Translations under genes and position numbers: made by a program | Part shown: positions 25,676 through 39,089 of the stretch, one piece after another | Numbering within the stretch: position 1 is the stretch's first letter | How the letters are laid out: every line of letters begins with the position of its first letter | Notes under the pieces: model-generated | Databases searched by the model: none | What the model was told of the DNA's origin: nothing | The model's input: the letters and a program-made list of their open reading frames with translations, nothing else | Assembly: GCF_009834535.1 (NCBI RefSeq) | Contig: NC_045696.1 | Location: forward strand, 17,734,001 to 17,798,000 | Direction: 5' to 3' | Source: Camelus ferus | Taxonomy: Eukaryota | Length of the DNA stretch: 64,000 nucleotides

Positions 25676-27589
25676 CAATTGAAGGCCAGGCCATCCTTCA
25701 GTGTATCCCCAACCAGAAGAGGCCACAGGGTGTTGCATACTTCCATTTTGGATATTCCTTATGACTAATTCTCCTATGAGGAATCTCTTTTTGAAATACA
25801 AAAATATCTGATTATCAAATTAATTGTTATTAATGTCTTAATTGGAGTTATTTCACTGCATTTTTGTTTTATTATTCATAGCAGTGGATATACCATACAA
25901 ATGACACTGAATACTATGAATATAAAAAGAATCAATAAGCAGAGAATATTAAGGCAAGAGAAAAGAAAGAAATATTTCTTTACCTTTATTGTACACTTAG
26001 TGGAGGCATTTAAAATTAAGAGCAAGGAAGTTCAGCATCATTAAGAATATATATGACATATAATTTGTACAGTCTTGTATGTAACTTTGTAAACATGTAT
26101 TGTCAAGTAGCTTGACTCAGAGATGCTCTAAGTGTAGTTTATACAAAAATAAAAACTTGAATAAGCAATTTGTTTTGTTTAAGGTTAGTTATGATGAATT
26201 TCACTGGTCTTTGAATAATTGACCTTAATCATGTTAACTAAAGTCACAGATCATTGGGTAATAAAATCTCCTCAAATATCAAAGAAGCTACTGTCTCGTC
26301 AGTAACAGCTACCTTAACAGAAAGAGCTATATGTATATATGCGTGTATCCACAAATGATGACTGGGATAAATTATGGTCAATTTCTTTTTTAATTGCAAT
26401 CTTCAGATGTCTTCAGGACTGTAGGCTTCCCATTCTTTAAAAATCTTAAGCTTAAAAATTTTTATTTCCTACCACTGGGAAAAATAGAAAATACTGCTCT
26501 TCAGACATGACACCTTGCAATGCTGATGGAACATTAAGGACCAGCAGGGATCCCAGGAGAGTTTCACCTCAAAGCACCTTTTAAGATTGATTAAATTCAG
26601 CAAGACAATCCCATTCTGCATCATTTCCCAAATAATTTCTCTTCTTAAGAATAAGGTCTATTAACTGTGAAGGAAAATTATATTCACAGATTTGCTGAAA
26701 AGGGGAGGATATTACAATACTAAAGTTTATGAAAAGAAATAAATTTAAGTAATAAAAAATAGTGAAAATGTAAATGTAAAATTTAAGAAAATAATGAAAC
26801 TTTTGATTAGCTTGATATAATCTTTGTTATAAATCACATGTTTTTTTTCTTGAATAGAAAAAACAACATTATCCTCAGAGTTTGGAACCAATCAATACTT
26901 TCAGGCTTGTCCAGAATTGTTCACTTTGGTGCCCAGAGCTGTTATTTGCTTGAGTTTCAACTATTTCTTTTGAATGTGTATGAGTTGCTGATGTTCTCTC
27001 TCTTTGTTCTACTGTACCCTGAACTGCAAAAAGAATGGTGCTGAAAAATATCAATATTTGAATTAGCTTAAGGAATTAACAAAATCTCAACTGCCAGGAG
27101 CAAAACAGATGAGACAGCAGGCTTGCTGTGTAAGCAAGCCTGCTTCCCAGGGTTCAGAACAAATGTCTGCATCCTAAGTTTGCTTTGAAGGTGCCTTACT
27201 TTGTATATATCCGGAATGGATAAAATCCACAGACTGAAAAATATAGCTAATTTTTTCAACTCTTTTTCTGAAATCATTGATGACCACAGTTTTCTATTTT
27301 CAGAGTCCGCTCGAAAAAGAAAAATAAATTAATTAATTAATAATTAAAACACAGACACAAGCGTTAACAGAAAAACAAATGCCATTCCTTCACTTTAAAG
27401 GAATTGTTGAATTGTCTCATACAACTGACCCAGACATTCTTTAAAGTGATACTGTTCCTCAAATATGAAAATTAATGCCAGATGCGTAATTTCATCTGTT
27501 TGATGACCCCAAATAATAGAATGGTTATGGATCAAAATGGTTCTAATGTTCTCTGAAACCTGATTCATTGCCAGATAACTGTCTCAATA

Positions 27590-27680
27590 AATTCACACGT
27601 GTGGAGGGCTTAGAACCGTACCTCTTACACAGTAAATGCCTAGTAAATACAAACCACCATTATTATTCTTTTTGTTATTA
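27590..27680 (+). mobile_element. MIR 3' end
   Basis: GCTTAGAAC...ACACAGTAAATGCCTAGTAAAT...ATTATT. Confidence 0.55.
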
Positions 27681-29452
27681 TTATCTCTAGGTAATTTTTT
27701 TTCTTGTCTGTGGATGCAAATGAATTATTAATGTCAAGGAATTTAATAGGCCATGGGAGATTTGTGTTGACATACCTCATCTATCAGTGACCACATTCTC
27801 TTTAAGCTAGCAATCTTCTCAAAATTAAACTTAGTGCTGTTGCATATTTTGTCCAGATAAAATAAGAACAAAAAGAGAAGCAAATGGGAAAAAAATATGG
27901 AGAAGTAGCTTGAGAGAAACACGTAATGGAAGACAAACTTTAAAAGCAAAGTTTTTTTTTTTTGTTCTTTTTAAGATAATTAGAAATTTAAACCTTCTGG
28001 CAAAATATACTTTGTATGATTTAGGATAAAATCCTTTAAAAGGGATATTATATCGCATAAATTATCCTATCAAGTGCTGCTTCTAATTCCTGTTATTTCA
28101 AACAGGATGAACAGCACTAGCTGTTCATTAGCTGTAGCTGTTCTTGCTAAATCTTTCTCAGATGGGAAGAATTTAGTGACAAGAAAATGACTGCAAATCA
28201 ATGCTGTCATATGAAATAAGTAAATAAAAAGATAAGAAGTACAAAAATTCATACACTTATGAAAATGGCCAACATTAAAGAAATGCAATATCTAAAATTC
28301 AGTTGTCATTGATAATAATACTCTTTATTAGTTGGATTTATAGACCAATAAGTAATGTTATTTACACCCAATGCATTATTTTGGCATGAACAATCAGGGG
28401 AAATGTCAGGATCACCAACACATTAATTACATAGCATCATATTTTCTTATTTATTGTCAATAGTATTGACACTATTTAATTAAATCAAGGTCGTCTTTCC
28501 TCCTTACTGCCTTCAAATGCTTATTAACAGTGGAATCATGACTGAGTTTTCCATGGATATGTACAGTTTATCATTTCTTCTCTGAGTCATAACTCAGATT
28601 AACTCAAAATTTGCACGTAATTTCTTTAAGTATATTCATAAATTGTTAATTGACCTAATCTGTAAATAGGTTTATTTTTTTCTTCACAGAGTCAACAAAA
28701 TAGGAAACTAACTTGCTTGCTTGCTTTCTCTCTCTCGCTCGCTCTCTTTCTTTCTTTTTCACGTTCTACCTTTCTCTTTGTCTGACTTCCTTTCGTTCTT
28801 TCGTGCTTCTTATCATTCTAAAAATGAGGAAATTGGAAAACTCTTTAAAACATACAGAAAACAATTAAGAAATTTTCATAATCCCGACACTTGTAGATAA
28901 CAAAAGTACATAATTTTAAGTTTCTTAATATTTTTCTAAGTACAAATACAACAACATACATATTGATTTTCAGAAGGAAAAAATACTATTAATTAACAAT
29001 GGAATGAATGACTAGCAATAGCAAACTGGTTCCATTTCTCAGAGCACTGTTCAAATTATACTTAAATGACGTCAGTCCTACGACAAAGGTGATTCCTATA
29101 CCCACAGATAACTGGACACTGTAACTGCTAAACTCCGTTTAAATACTAAGGTTCCATGTGCTAAGAGTTCTTGTGGTACCACAACAAGCTCTTCCTAAAT
29201 TCACCAAAAATAAACCAATAACTTTTAATAAAATAGGTTCCCTTTTATCCCTCTATAAACCCTATTGGTTTTTTTCTGTAGATAGTTTGTAGTTATTTGG
29301 GAACACACTGTGTCATGATTTTATTTTGGGTAGTTCTTTATACTAGTATTGCACTTTGAACTTACACTTTTTCTGAAAGTGTAATCCAATGTAACATTTT
29401 TTGGAATAAGTACATCAACCAGTTTATGAAAAGAATTCTTCGACTCACATGC

Positions 29453-30570
29453 TTTATTCATCCCGTCATTGAACGTTTCAGTAAATATTTTAAGCATGTT
29501 CTATATGCCAGACCTGCTTTGCCAACTTAGAACTAAGATCATGCCCCCAAACCTGACCGGACCAGTTCGTTCACAGACCAGTGGGAAAGAGTAGACAATA
29601 TAAATGGTTTTAAGAGAGTGTGAAAAGAGGTGTGAAAGAAGTTTGTGGGAGAATAAGGAATACATCACATTGACAGAATTAAACTGATACACTTAAAGTA
29701 AAAAAACAACTCTAAAAAGAGTAAATAATTGACTTTAAATCAAGGAAGAAAGAACATTTCAGCAAAGAAGATAGTCTAAGAAGAGGTACAGAGGCCTTTG
29801 TAAGTAGATCTGAATTGGGAAGCAAAGGACGTACAAAGGATGAGGCTAGAATGTACAGAAAAATCAGATCTAGGATGGATTTATATTCATATTGATAAAA
29901 CTGTGAACTTTATCAAGGATATAAGGAATTAGTAAAGGTTTTAAAGTAGAGCAAAGACATGATTATATTCTAATTTACAAGTTACTTTAGATCAATATGC
30001 TAAAACATTGAAGAGGTGTCAGATTGGAGACAGAGAGTGTGGTCAAGGGGCGACTGCAGTCATTCAGGTGAGGGATGATGAAGTCTAGACTGAGTCAGAA
30101 GCAGTGACATTAGAGACATGGACCATTTGGGAGAGTGAGTTTTGACAACTGACTGGGTATAGGGATTGAAGCCTGGGGAGGAATCTAGAATACCTTTCCA
30201 AGCTTCCGATGAGTAAATAAGGACACCTTTCACAAAGAATGCCTTTTTATGTAAGTGAGGCATAGGAGGCGAGAGAGGACAGTTCGGTTTTGCACAAGGT
30301 GAGTCTGAGATGCCTGTGGACCACCTGTCATGGTGGAGGAGGGATGTGCAACATGCCATTGGAAGTCAGTGTTTGGAATTTAGGAGGAAGACAAAGCATA
30401 GTAGAATAGCTGGTATTTGAAATTGTGGATGTGAAGGAGCTTTATGAGGGAAAAAAGTACAGCTAAAGGAAAGAAAAGGTCCAAGGAGAGAATACGAGGA
30501 ACAGGGATGTCTGCTGGAAAGCAGGTGAAGAAGTGCTGGCCGGAGATGGAGGAACCAAAGGAAAATGTAA
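29453..30570 (-). mobile_element. L2 LINE fragment including its 3' end
   Basis: TTCAGTAAATATTTTAAGCATGTTCTATATGCCAGAC; ATTCAGGTGAGGGATGATGAAG; AGTTCGGTTTTGCACAAGGTGAGTCTGAGATGCCTGTG. Confidence 0.85.
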
Positions 30571-30931
30571 AGCTGTTATATTAGCAACATGCGACTGGTG
30601 GCCCACCCCTCAATTTCCTCTAAAGTGATAAGACTTTTGTATGCCTTTAGTGCATTGTGGATGTTCTATTTCATATAGCCATAGTTAAGAAGATCATTTA
30701 CTAGACTTCAGAGAAAAAGGAAATTTGGAACCCAGAGACATGTCTTTTGGAGGAATTTCCTTATCCTGATGGTGGTAGCAGCTGGGGGAAAAAAAAGCAC
30801 CCCTTTCAAAGAGGCAGAGAATAAATGACCCAGATATTAGGACTCTAAGAGATCAGAATAACCTCATACACTTTAATTGCTTTCCAAGAGAATACTAATA
30901 TTATTATTAATAATCATGACATAGTAATTTA

Positions 30932-31180
30932 GTGATAAAGCATTTATATAGTGCCTTTTATCTCCTAGGGATCATGCTAAGCCCTTTATATATTTCAACT
31001 CATATAATTTCGTAGTAATTCCATGAAAGAGGAACTATATATTTCTAATTTATTTCATTGAGAAACTGAAGGAAGAGCTGATAAAAATGTTTTACTAAGT
31101 TTACCTCGTAAGTTAGCAAGTGACATGGGAATTAAACCCAGGCAGTTTACCCCCAAAGGCCATGTTCTTAAGCATTATAC
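30932..31180 (-). mobile_element. MIR SINE, near full length
   Basis: CATTTATATAGTGCC...TGAGAAACTGAAG...GGAATTAAACCCAGGCAGT. Confidence 0.8.
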
Positions 31181-31351
31181 ATACAACTTTACATAATAAT
31201 TTATAAGTTAATAACTTTCCTTGGGCACTTGCAATTTGCAGTTCCTTATTAATTACATAATTATGGTGCAATTATTACACCAATTTAAAGAAAGCGATGT
31301 AATAATGATGACAATATTGATGTTGACAGCAACAGCTACAACCTCTGTACA

Positions 31352-31580
31352 CTGCTACCATTTAATGAGTAGCATATACCAAATTCTATGTTGAAGCTTT
31401 GCCTGCATTATAACAACTTGCTAAATCAGGTATTATCATCACTCACTTTTTTATCAGGAAGAAAAAAATAAAACTCTGAAGTGTAATAAATGACACACCT
31501 TGTCCAGACTAGCCAGTGGCAGGGACATGTTTGAACCCGTGCCCAAAGCCTCAGCTTCTCAGCACCGCGTTCTACCCTGC
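31352..31580 (-). mobile_element. MIR SINE
   Basis: CCATTTAATGAG...GGTATTATCATC...AGTGGCAGGGACATGTTTGAACCC. Confidence 0.7.
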
Positions 31581-31839
31581 AGTAAAGGGCAAACGCCACA
31601 CACGATGCTGTGACTAAGTTCTGATGTTGTAAATGACAGATATGAAAGCGGAACTGGATGGAAGAGAACATAGGACTCCTAAAAGGAGGTATTCAGTGGT
31701 GATTTGGAGCAAACAATGATTGGAATGCTGGTGACACTCCACACACACTTCATCAAATTGTCCTATATTTAGCGCCTGGAAAAGACCAGTGTACTCAGAG
31801 CAATTTGAGTAGATGACACAGGGCAGTAACTGCCTAACT

Positions 31840-32025
31840 CTATCTTTGCACTTACCTCATCATGCTGTCATTACCTGTTTGGATGTCTATCCAGTGACCC
31901 TGACTGCAAATTCCAGACATCAGGGATCACGTCTTCTGTTTCTTCTTTTTTTGTTTCCTAAAGATTAGGGGTGAGCCAGCAGATAAGAGGGGCTTATAAC
32001 CTTTTAAAATGCTGCATAAATACAT
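31840..32025 (+). mobile_element. L2 3' end fragment
   Basis: GACTGCAAATTCC...CAGGGATCACGTCTT. Confidence 0.5.
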
Positions 32026-33419
32026 GCATTAGGTATATTACTTTATTTTGTAGTGATCCTAATGCAAAAATTACTAAAGTCACTTAAAATGGTATTTCTC
32101 ATAAAAAGTCAATAAGTATGCAAAGTACTATATTTACGATCTTTTCTTAGGGATATAAACATATTTTAAACAAGCAATTCCTTTCATCAAAGTCATTTTA
32201 CTATTGCACTTCCCTTTCGTTGCTGTGTTTTCCCTTCTTTTCTTTTAAATCCTTCGTGTTTTGTAGTTATAGTGTCTTAAACACAATTACGATGAAGTGA
32301 AAGTATTATTTAATAGCTTATAGAGTTCAGTTTCACATTTTTTCAGTGACTACCTTGAATGGCAAAAGCAATGAGATAAAATAGCATTAAGAAGGCAAAA
32401 AGAAATACAATATCAAGTCAATATTTGTACAGATGTCTCCTGAGAGGAAACATATAGCTTGTGAAAAATATAGAAAAAAAAGCTAAAGGAGGAAAGGTGA
32501 GAAAATAAATGTGAGATGAATGAGAAACAGACTACATGGCTAAATTTATTTGGAAGGAAATGGTTTCAGGTGTTTTATCCAAGTTTTACTTGGATGCAGA
32601 TTTCTGGATCGCTTACATATAAAGTTGCGTCAACACAAGACACATAAACCGACAATGCAGGAAACAGATACAAATTAGCTAGTTCTGCAGGTTTTGTGTT
32701 AGGAATTAACTACTTACTCTTACTGTTTTTAATGTATTTGTAAATTTTAAAATAGACCATAGAATACAATTACCATGAAATTCTCCATGAAAAAAGGAGT
32801 CCAGATTTTAACTAATCTCATACACACCAGACTTGCATGCTTCTAACACTACGTACTATTTTTTTAGATTTTCTCAAAAATACACAGTCAAAAATGTAAA
32901 CTACCTAGCATGTCTTTAGGAAAGTATATACTATAAATAAAAAATTACAAAATTTACAAAAAAGTTTTGAAATAAAAATCCATACCCTTTATATTATGAA
33001 TTAAATTATTTCATCATACATAAAAATTTAAAGATATAAGAAGCATTTCTTAATGGTCAAATATTTGTCATTTTATGCATATAAAACTAATGATGGAATG
33101 CAAATGCACATAAAGCTATTTTTATGAATATGATAATTAAATATATAGTCATATCTATTTATTCATGCTAATAAACAATTTATAAATATGATTTACATAT
33201 TTATACATTTATTCATTTTATTAGTGATGTATTTATATTTTATATATTTTTTAAACTTTCACATCTACCTTCACAGTCAAAAGCTATTAAATTATATTGA
33301 CTTAGTGCTTTATTACTATTAAATTTATTTTATTCATTTAATTTATGTATACACATATATTCCTATACACAGACATACACTCACACACATACACCTATTA
33401 TATATAGCCCAACAAATTA

Positions 33420-33680
33420 TAAAAGAACAGTGGAAACATGTAATGGCATTTAAAATTTTGCTGGTCATTGGTGTACATCACTTCCACTTTCTATTGGCAA
33501 ATCAAATCATGTGGTCAACCTAACAATAAGGTGGAGAATAATATTTTCTCTATGGTTATAATATGGTAATAATATTTTTTCTATAGTCCTGCAAATCACA
33601 TGGGAAAGGACAGTAACGTGTTCATCCTCTCACTGGAAAGGGGGAAATGTGATTGAGAGTAATGATACAGTTTGCAAATT
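33420..33680 (-). mobile_element. Old MLT1 (MLT1H/I-like) LTR fragment
   Basis: CATCACTTCCACTTTCTATTGGCAAATCAAATCATGTGGTCAACC. Confidence 0.65.
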
Positions 33681-33709
33681 TCTTAACTTAAAATTATAGT
33701 ATGAGTATC

Positions 33710-34400
33710 AGTTTTATCCCATGTTACTACATTCCTCTCAGGGAAATAATTTTTTAATGTTGAAAAGAGTCTAACTTACCATTATTTTATAATAAATGTC
33801 TCTAATTTTGTTCATATAATTTATTACTGTTTATACATGTCAAGTATTTTTTTCTAGAGTCTTGATTATCCCTCGGGATAAAATAATTGAGTAAAATAAA
33901 TCATGAAAAAACATTTGAGGTTCTTGATAGATGCTGCTAAGTTTTTTGTTTGTTTGTTTAATAAGATAAAGTAATATTTTCCCCAACCAGCAAATTTTAA
34001 GGATGTCAAATTTCTCTTCCCCTTATGATAGCTGAGTTTTATTTTCTATTATTCTTTCCAGTTGGATGGATGAAAAATCATATAACCTTGTTACTATAAT
34101 TTGCTGTATGTAATTTGTGTTTCACTAATTACCAATGGAAATTATATTGGTTTATATGGTTATTTTTTAATTTTTATTATTTTTCTCTATGAATTATCTG
34201 TATCCTTTTCCATTTTCTATGGTCAACTGAGCATTTTTATAATTGATTAAAAAACTTGAAAACTATGGAAAATAATAATTTTGTACTCTATTGTGTCCTT
34301 TCTTAACATTTTATTTTGATTCTGTAATGTATTGAGAGTTGATACATATTTATTTAGAAAAATGTTTCTATACAGTAACAATATAAAGACAGTTCATCTA
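33710..34400 (-). mobile_element. Highly degraded L1ME-like fragment
   Basis: T-rich antisense L1 motifs (TTCTTGATAGATGCTGC, TTTTCTCTATGAATTATCTG). Confidence 0.5.
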
Positions 34401-37400
34401 ACATTTAGAGGCATAGCCTTTGGGCTATGCAGAGCTGAGTATGTGATAGGCCACTGGCCGCCACAGAAAGAAAGCACATGGGCTCCAACCCAGAGTCCCA
34501 GAATTAACTTCTCCTCTTAGTGCAGGAAGTTGTCTTTATAGTAGCACGTAGGACCAGTCCATGTATCCTTTTTGCTGGCTTAATATTTTTCCCAAACCTA
34601 AAGGAAATGATCACTTCCTTCTCATTGTCCTAACTACAGCCATTCGTGTCTTCACATGGGGTTGCTGAAGGAACACAGGCCTCTAATAAAGGAACGTAGC
34701 TAATGAGTCCCTTGACTTTTGTGTAAGGTTAAAATTCTTAGACCTGATTTCAAGTTAAACTAATTTAACTTGGTTTAATTAGTTAGTTCCAAGTTTCAAA
34801 GGAAATAGATTAATCAAGGCAATAAAGTGGTACATTACTCTGTTTAACAAGTTGACACTATGTCTTCCTTGGATGGGCATATTTATACTGTAAAGAAAGG
34901 TTTTGATCTCTTCACAGGCTGTCAAGGCAGGAGTTATGGGAATTCCCAGAATTTGAGAGGACAATCGATTGGAAAAGAGACAGTGACTCCCTGAAATATA
35001 TGAGAAGTTGAGTAGAGGACTTCCTGTGGGTGTATGCATTGGAAATTCTGGGATATATTTAGTGACAAGTTTTTGTTTTCTGTGTTATAATTTCATAGGT
35101 CTTCAACAAAGTTAGTTTCCCGTAAAAACATTGTGTTAGTCTTACTTTGATTTATTTAACTGAGTGAAATTATTGGGGAAAAGGAAAGATCAATGAAAGG
35201 GGAAAGGAAATATTTATTTACTTATATGAGAAGTAGGCCTTACCAAATTTTATTATTTTGCCATAGCTGTTGACTTTAGAAAGCTGACATATAACACTCA
35301 TACTAATGAAAATTTATTAATTATAAAATAAGATAAGTATTTTCTTTTTCCCTACATTCTGCCCCTGAAGTAGTGGTCTGTATTACTGACTTAAACTTCT
35401 TTGTATTTTTCTATAATATTGTGTTAAATTATCCTCTTATATGTATATGATTTAATTATTTTACTTGTTTTATAATCTATAGATTAGTATGTTTTTGTAA
35501 GAATGAGCGGCAATTTAGCTTTTAATGGCTTCAAATTATGAACTTTGTATAACAAAAGAGTCACTGACTGGATAATAATAACCCAGCAATGCTGTTAAGA
35601 GATAATGTTAGTTTGAACCAAGGTCGACTTGGAGACAAGCAGAAAGACTTGAGGTAGTTTCAAGAGGTAAAATCTATAGATCAGAGTTATAGATTATTTA
35701 TTTTTGTCAAGTAACTAGATGGAGGATGTTGGCAATCACTGTAAGAGGGAATAATTGAGATTCAGTGGTAAAAGAAATTATTTAGTTTGGTCCTTTAATT
35801 AGGTGTGGCTCCTTTACATTTTCTGAACCATGTTGAAAAGAAAAAAATCTCATATTTAAAAAATCTGGTAACTAATATCACGTAGAAATTTCATATAACT
35901 TTCAGGAATTTACATGATTGCCTTTTCTAAAAAGGAAAGGCTGTGAAGTCAGATGAGATAATTATAAGTGAATGTGTGTATGTGTGTAAACACAGAAATG
36001 CCATGTGATTGGCAATTCTCTTACAATTGGCTTGAGACAAGTTGGTTTGGTTGTATTTATCATCTTTCAAAACAAAGATCCTAGATCTCTTTAATCAGTT
36101 TTATCACAAAACGCTTTGATTAGCGAAAGACTAACCATCAGTGAGTGCAAGTGAAAATTCTAGCAAAGCAGAAAGACAAATGGATGGACTGGTTTGCAGC
36201 ATTTGATCTTGTGCGTGACTCATATGCACACTCAAGAAACCAACAGAGAAGGCCTCCTGCAGTCCCACAGAACATTGTGTGTAATTTAAATTTCTATTGC
36301 CACCTGCTATTACAGCTTTTGCTGCTGCTCAGTATAATGACTAGATAAAGCATTTACCAGAGCTTGATAACACTCTGAGGGGGGGAGAAAAAAAAAAAAA
36401 AAAAAAGGAAGATCTTTTTGGAACTGCTTTTTTTTTTTCTTATTCAGAGGAAAAAAAAATCTATCAAATCCCAAGAAGCACAAATATTTTCTATTAACAT
36501 TCAAATTTGTCAGAATGTAAAATTTTAACTCTTTTTTTTAGCTGTTTTCATTGCTAGACTTGGAAATAGGCAAAAGATATTTCTGGGGGTCTTTTTGGTG
36601 GCATGTTGGCACTGCCTGCTGCACCTTCTGGTAATAGTGATTCTATAGAATTGTACAACTTGTGCTTTCAGTGATCTATAAAATTTGATAATTCTGTATG
36701 GTCAGAATTTAAAGCATAATAATACAATAGTAATGCACATTATCATTGTCAATAGTACTGTAATTAAATTTTGTTTAATAGAAATCAGGTGGTTTTCATC
36801 CCGTAGAAAAGACGGCTCCTTCATGCATTCTGTTTCCTGACCGGACAGACACCTATCAACCATTTCCAACAACAATGCCTGGGAAAACAGAAAGCAGGTG
36901 TCTACAGGTGCTTAATGATAGGCTGCTCCTTTGCTGATGAAATCTTCATAGTATCTCTGCCAACCAGCTACCTTCTGCTTTTCTCAAGCTTACTTCTACA
37001 CACTTTATACTTAAACAGAGATATTCCTTAATTATGATTGCTATTCTTACTCCTCTGTTTCCATCACTGTTGCTACAAAAGCTCAGAAGAGCTCCTGAAA
37101 AAAAAGAAAAGAAAAAGCAAATATAGCTCCAAGTATAGCATTTTATTAATGTACAAGGTATTAGTCAGTTTCACTTTTTCACAGCAAATTCATTTGAGCA
37201 TTTCTGATTCATATGTGTGTGTAGTATAATAATATGTGTATGTATGTATTAATGAAAGAATATATACATAAAAACCTAGCAATTAAAATAATCAGATTAT
37301 CATTTAGACTCTGCTAAGTTATGAAAGCTGGATGTTCACAAAATAGGAAAGATTTGGAAGAAAACATTGCTGATCAGACATTGCAGATCAATAGTTTAGT

Positions 37401-38821
37401 TTACTACTTTATAAAATGATGACAGGTATTTTTTTGTTATTCAGAAATGATATAAAGTATTGCTCCATATATTTTCAATTGAACAATGTGATAGGTTGAC
37501 AACTCCTTGATTAACTTAGGATTTGACTGCTTCATCCATCTAATGCTTGCTGCTGCTTCTACACAAATGCAGTTGCTTATACGCAGTATTTATTAACTTC
37601 GAATTTTCCAGGTGTCTTGACAAGAGGAAATTAAAAATAGAATTTTCTAATGGGTAGTTAATTACAGATAATAAATTTTGTTATGCAAATGTGAACTCCC
37701 CCAAAAGATTAAATTTTCCAACAACCCGTACTGAGCCAGCCAGTTAAAACTTACCTTTTATTTATAGTGTTAAATTGTCAATCAAGTTGAAGGTTATTCA
37801 TTTACAAGGACATGTGAGTTTCTACATGTATTTGAGTTTTTCCATTTGGAGGACTCTAGGGACCTAGTTTTAGTTTTTTTAGGTATCACTTTAGAGCTTA
37901 GATATGAAGATAATTTTTTTTTTTTACCCTAAACTAAATTCTTCTAAAGCTTAAGGTAAGGCTCAGGAGAAATTGTGACATTCTGAGGATTATATTAACT
38001 AATTCACTCCACAAACTTTCTCCTTTTATCTAGAGAAGCTGATTCAATTTGTTTCATTCTAATTTTCATTCTCTTTCTTCTAACACAAGAATGATAGAAA
38101 AAATTAACTAATAGGATACATATTAATCATGTTTTAAGTTCATGTGCACTAGGGATATTTAATAAAAATATCTTTCTGTTCCCCTTTCCATCCAACATGA
38201 TTCAAAGTTAGTAATTTTCCTTCCTTGTTTCTTTCTTTCTCCTTATGTCTTTCCTATACTTCCCCTCATTTATTCCTTCTGACCCAATCTAATGGAGTAC
38301 AGATAACTTATTACAAAGCCAGACTGTTTAAGTGGCAAACATAAAAACAAACAAGAAAAAGTCTGAGCTCCCCAGCAGACGCACAACCACACCTACACAC
38401 ATCTAACCTCACCCCACTCCCAGAAAAAACATGATTATTTAAACTTCATTGTTACGTTGACTCTTTCAATTCCCCAGTGAGCCATGCTTCCCCCTACACC
38501 TTTGTACAAGATGGCAGAGGACACCTTCACCCAACTGGTCAACAATTTCTTCTATCACTGTTTTCAGGACTTTATAATGTTCTAAAATTAATACACGGCT
38601 TTTAATTTTTTTTTTTAATTCCCACAGGATCTAAATTGTGAGAAGTCGAGCACTTTAAACAAACTACTTACACTTATGTAACTCTGTAAATTTAAAAAAT
38701 TTTTCTGGTGCTGTGTTGCTAGAAGTTATACTCTTTTCTTTTAGTGGCAGTTTTAAAATTTTTGAATCATGGACTTGATATATTCTTTCATCTACTTCAA
38801 GTTTAAAACTGATGATACTGA

Positions 38822-38975
38822 TCTATAGTGGTGACCTTTGTTGGGGGGATAATAAGTGAGACACCGAAGGCTCAGTTAATGCCAATATTTTGATTTGGGT
38901 GATAGTTACATGGGTGTATTTATTTCATAAAATTTCATTGAGCAGGAATTTTTGCATTTTATATAAGCTACATCT
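38822..38975 (+). mobile_element. L1ME 3' terminus
   Basis: TTGATTTGGGTGATAGTTACATGGGTGTATT...TCATTGAGC. Confidence 0.7.
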
Positions 38976-39089
38976 TAAGGGCATGTTTCAAAATATTAAT
39001 ATTAATATAAGCATTATGTCAATACCATTCATCTCTTCCTTCTCAAACACAGTCTGTTTGTTTGGGGTGCCTTCCACATCACTGAGGTG

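Noticed and set aside
25383..25694. 103-aa ORF as a host gene
   Set aside because: It is the C-terminus of LINE-1 ORF2 in a truncated copy.
31558..31578. REST/RE1-like TCAGCACCGCG
   Set aside because: Only the left half-site is present; the GGACAG half is missing.
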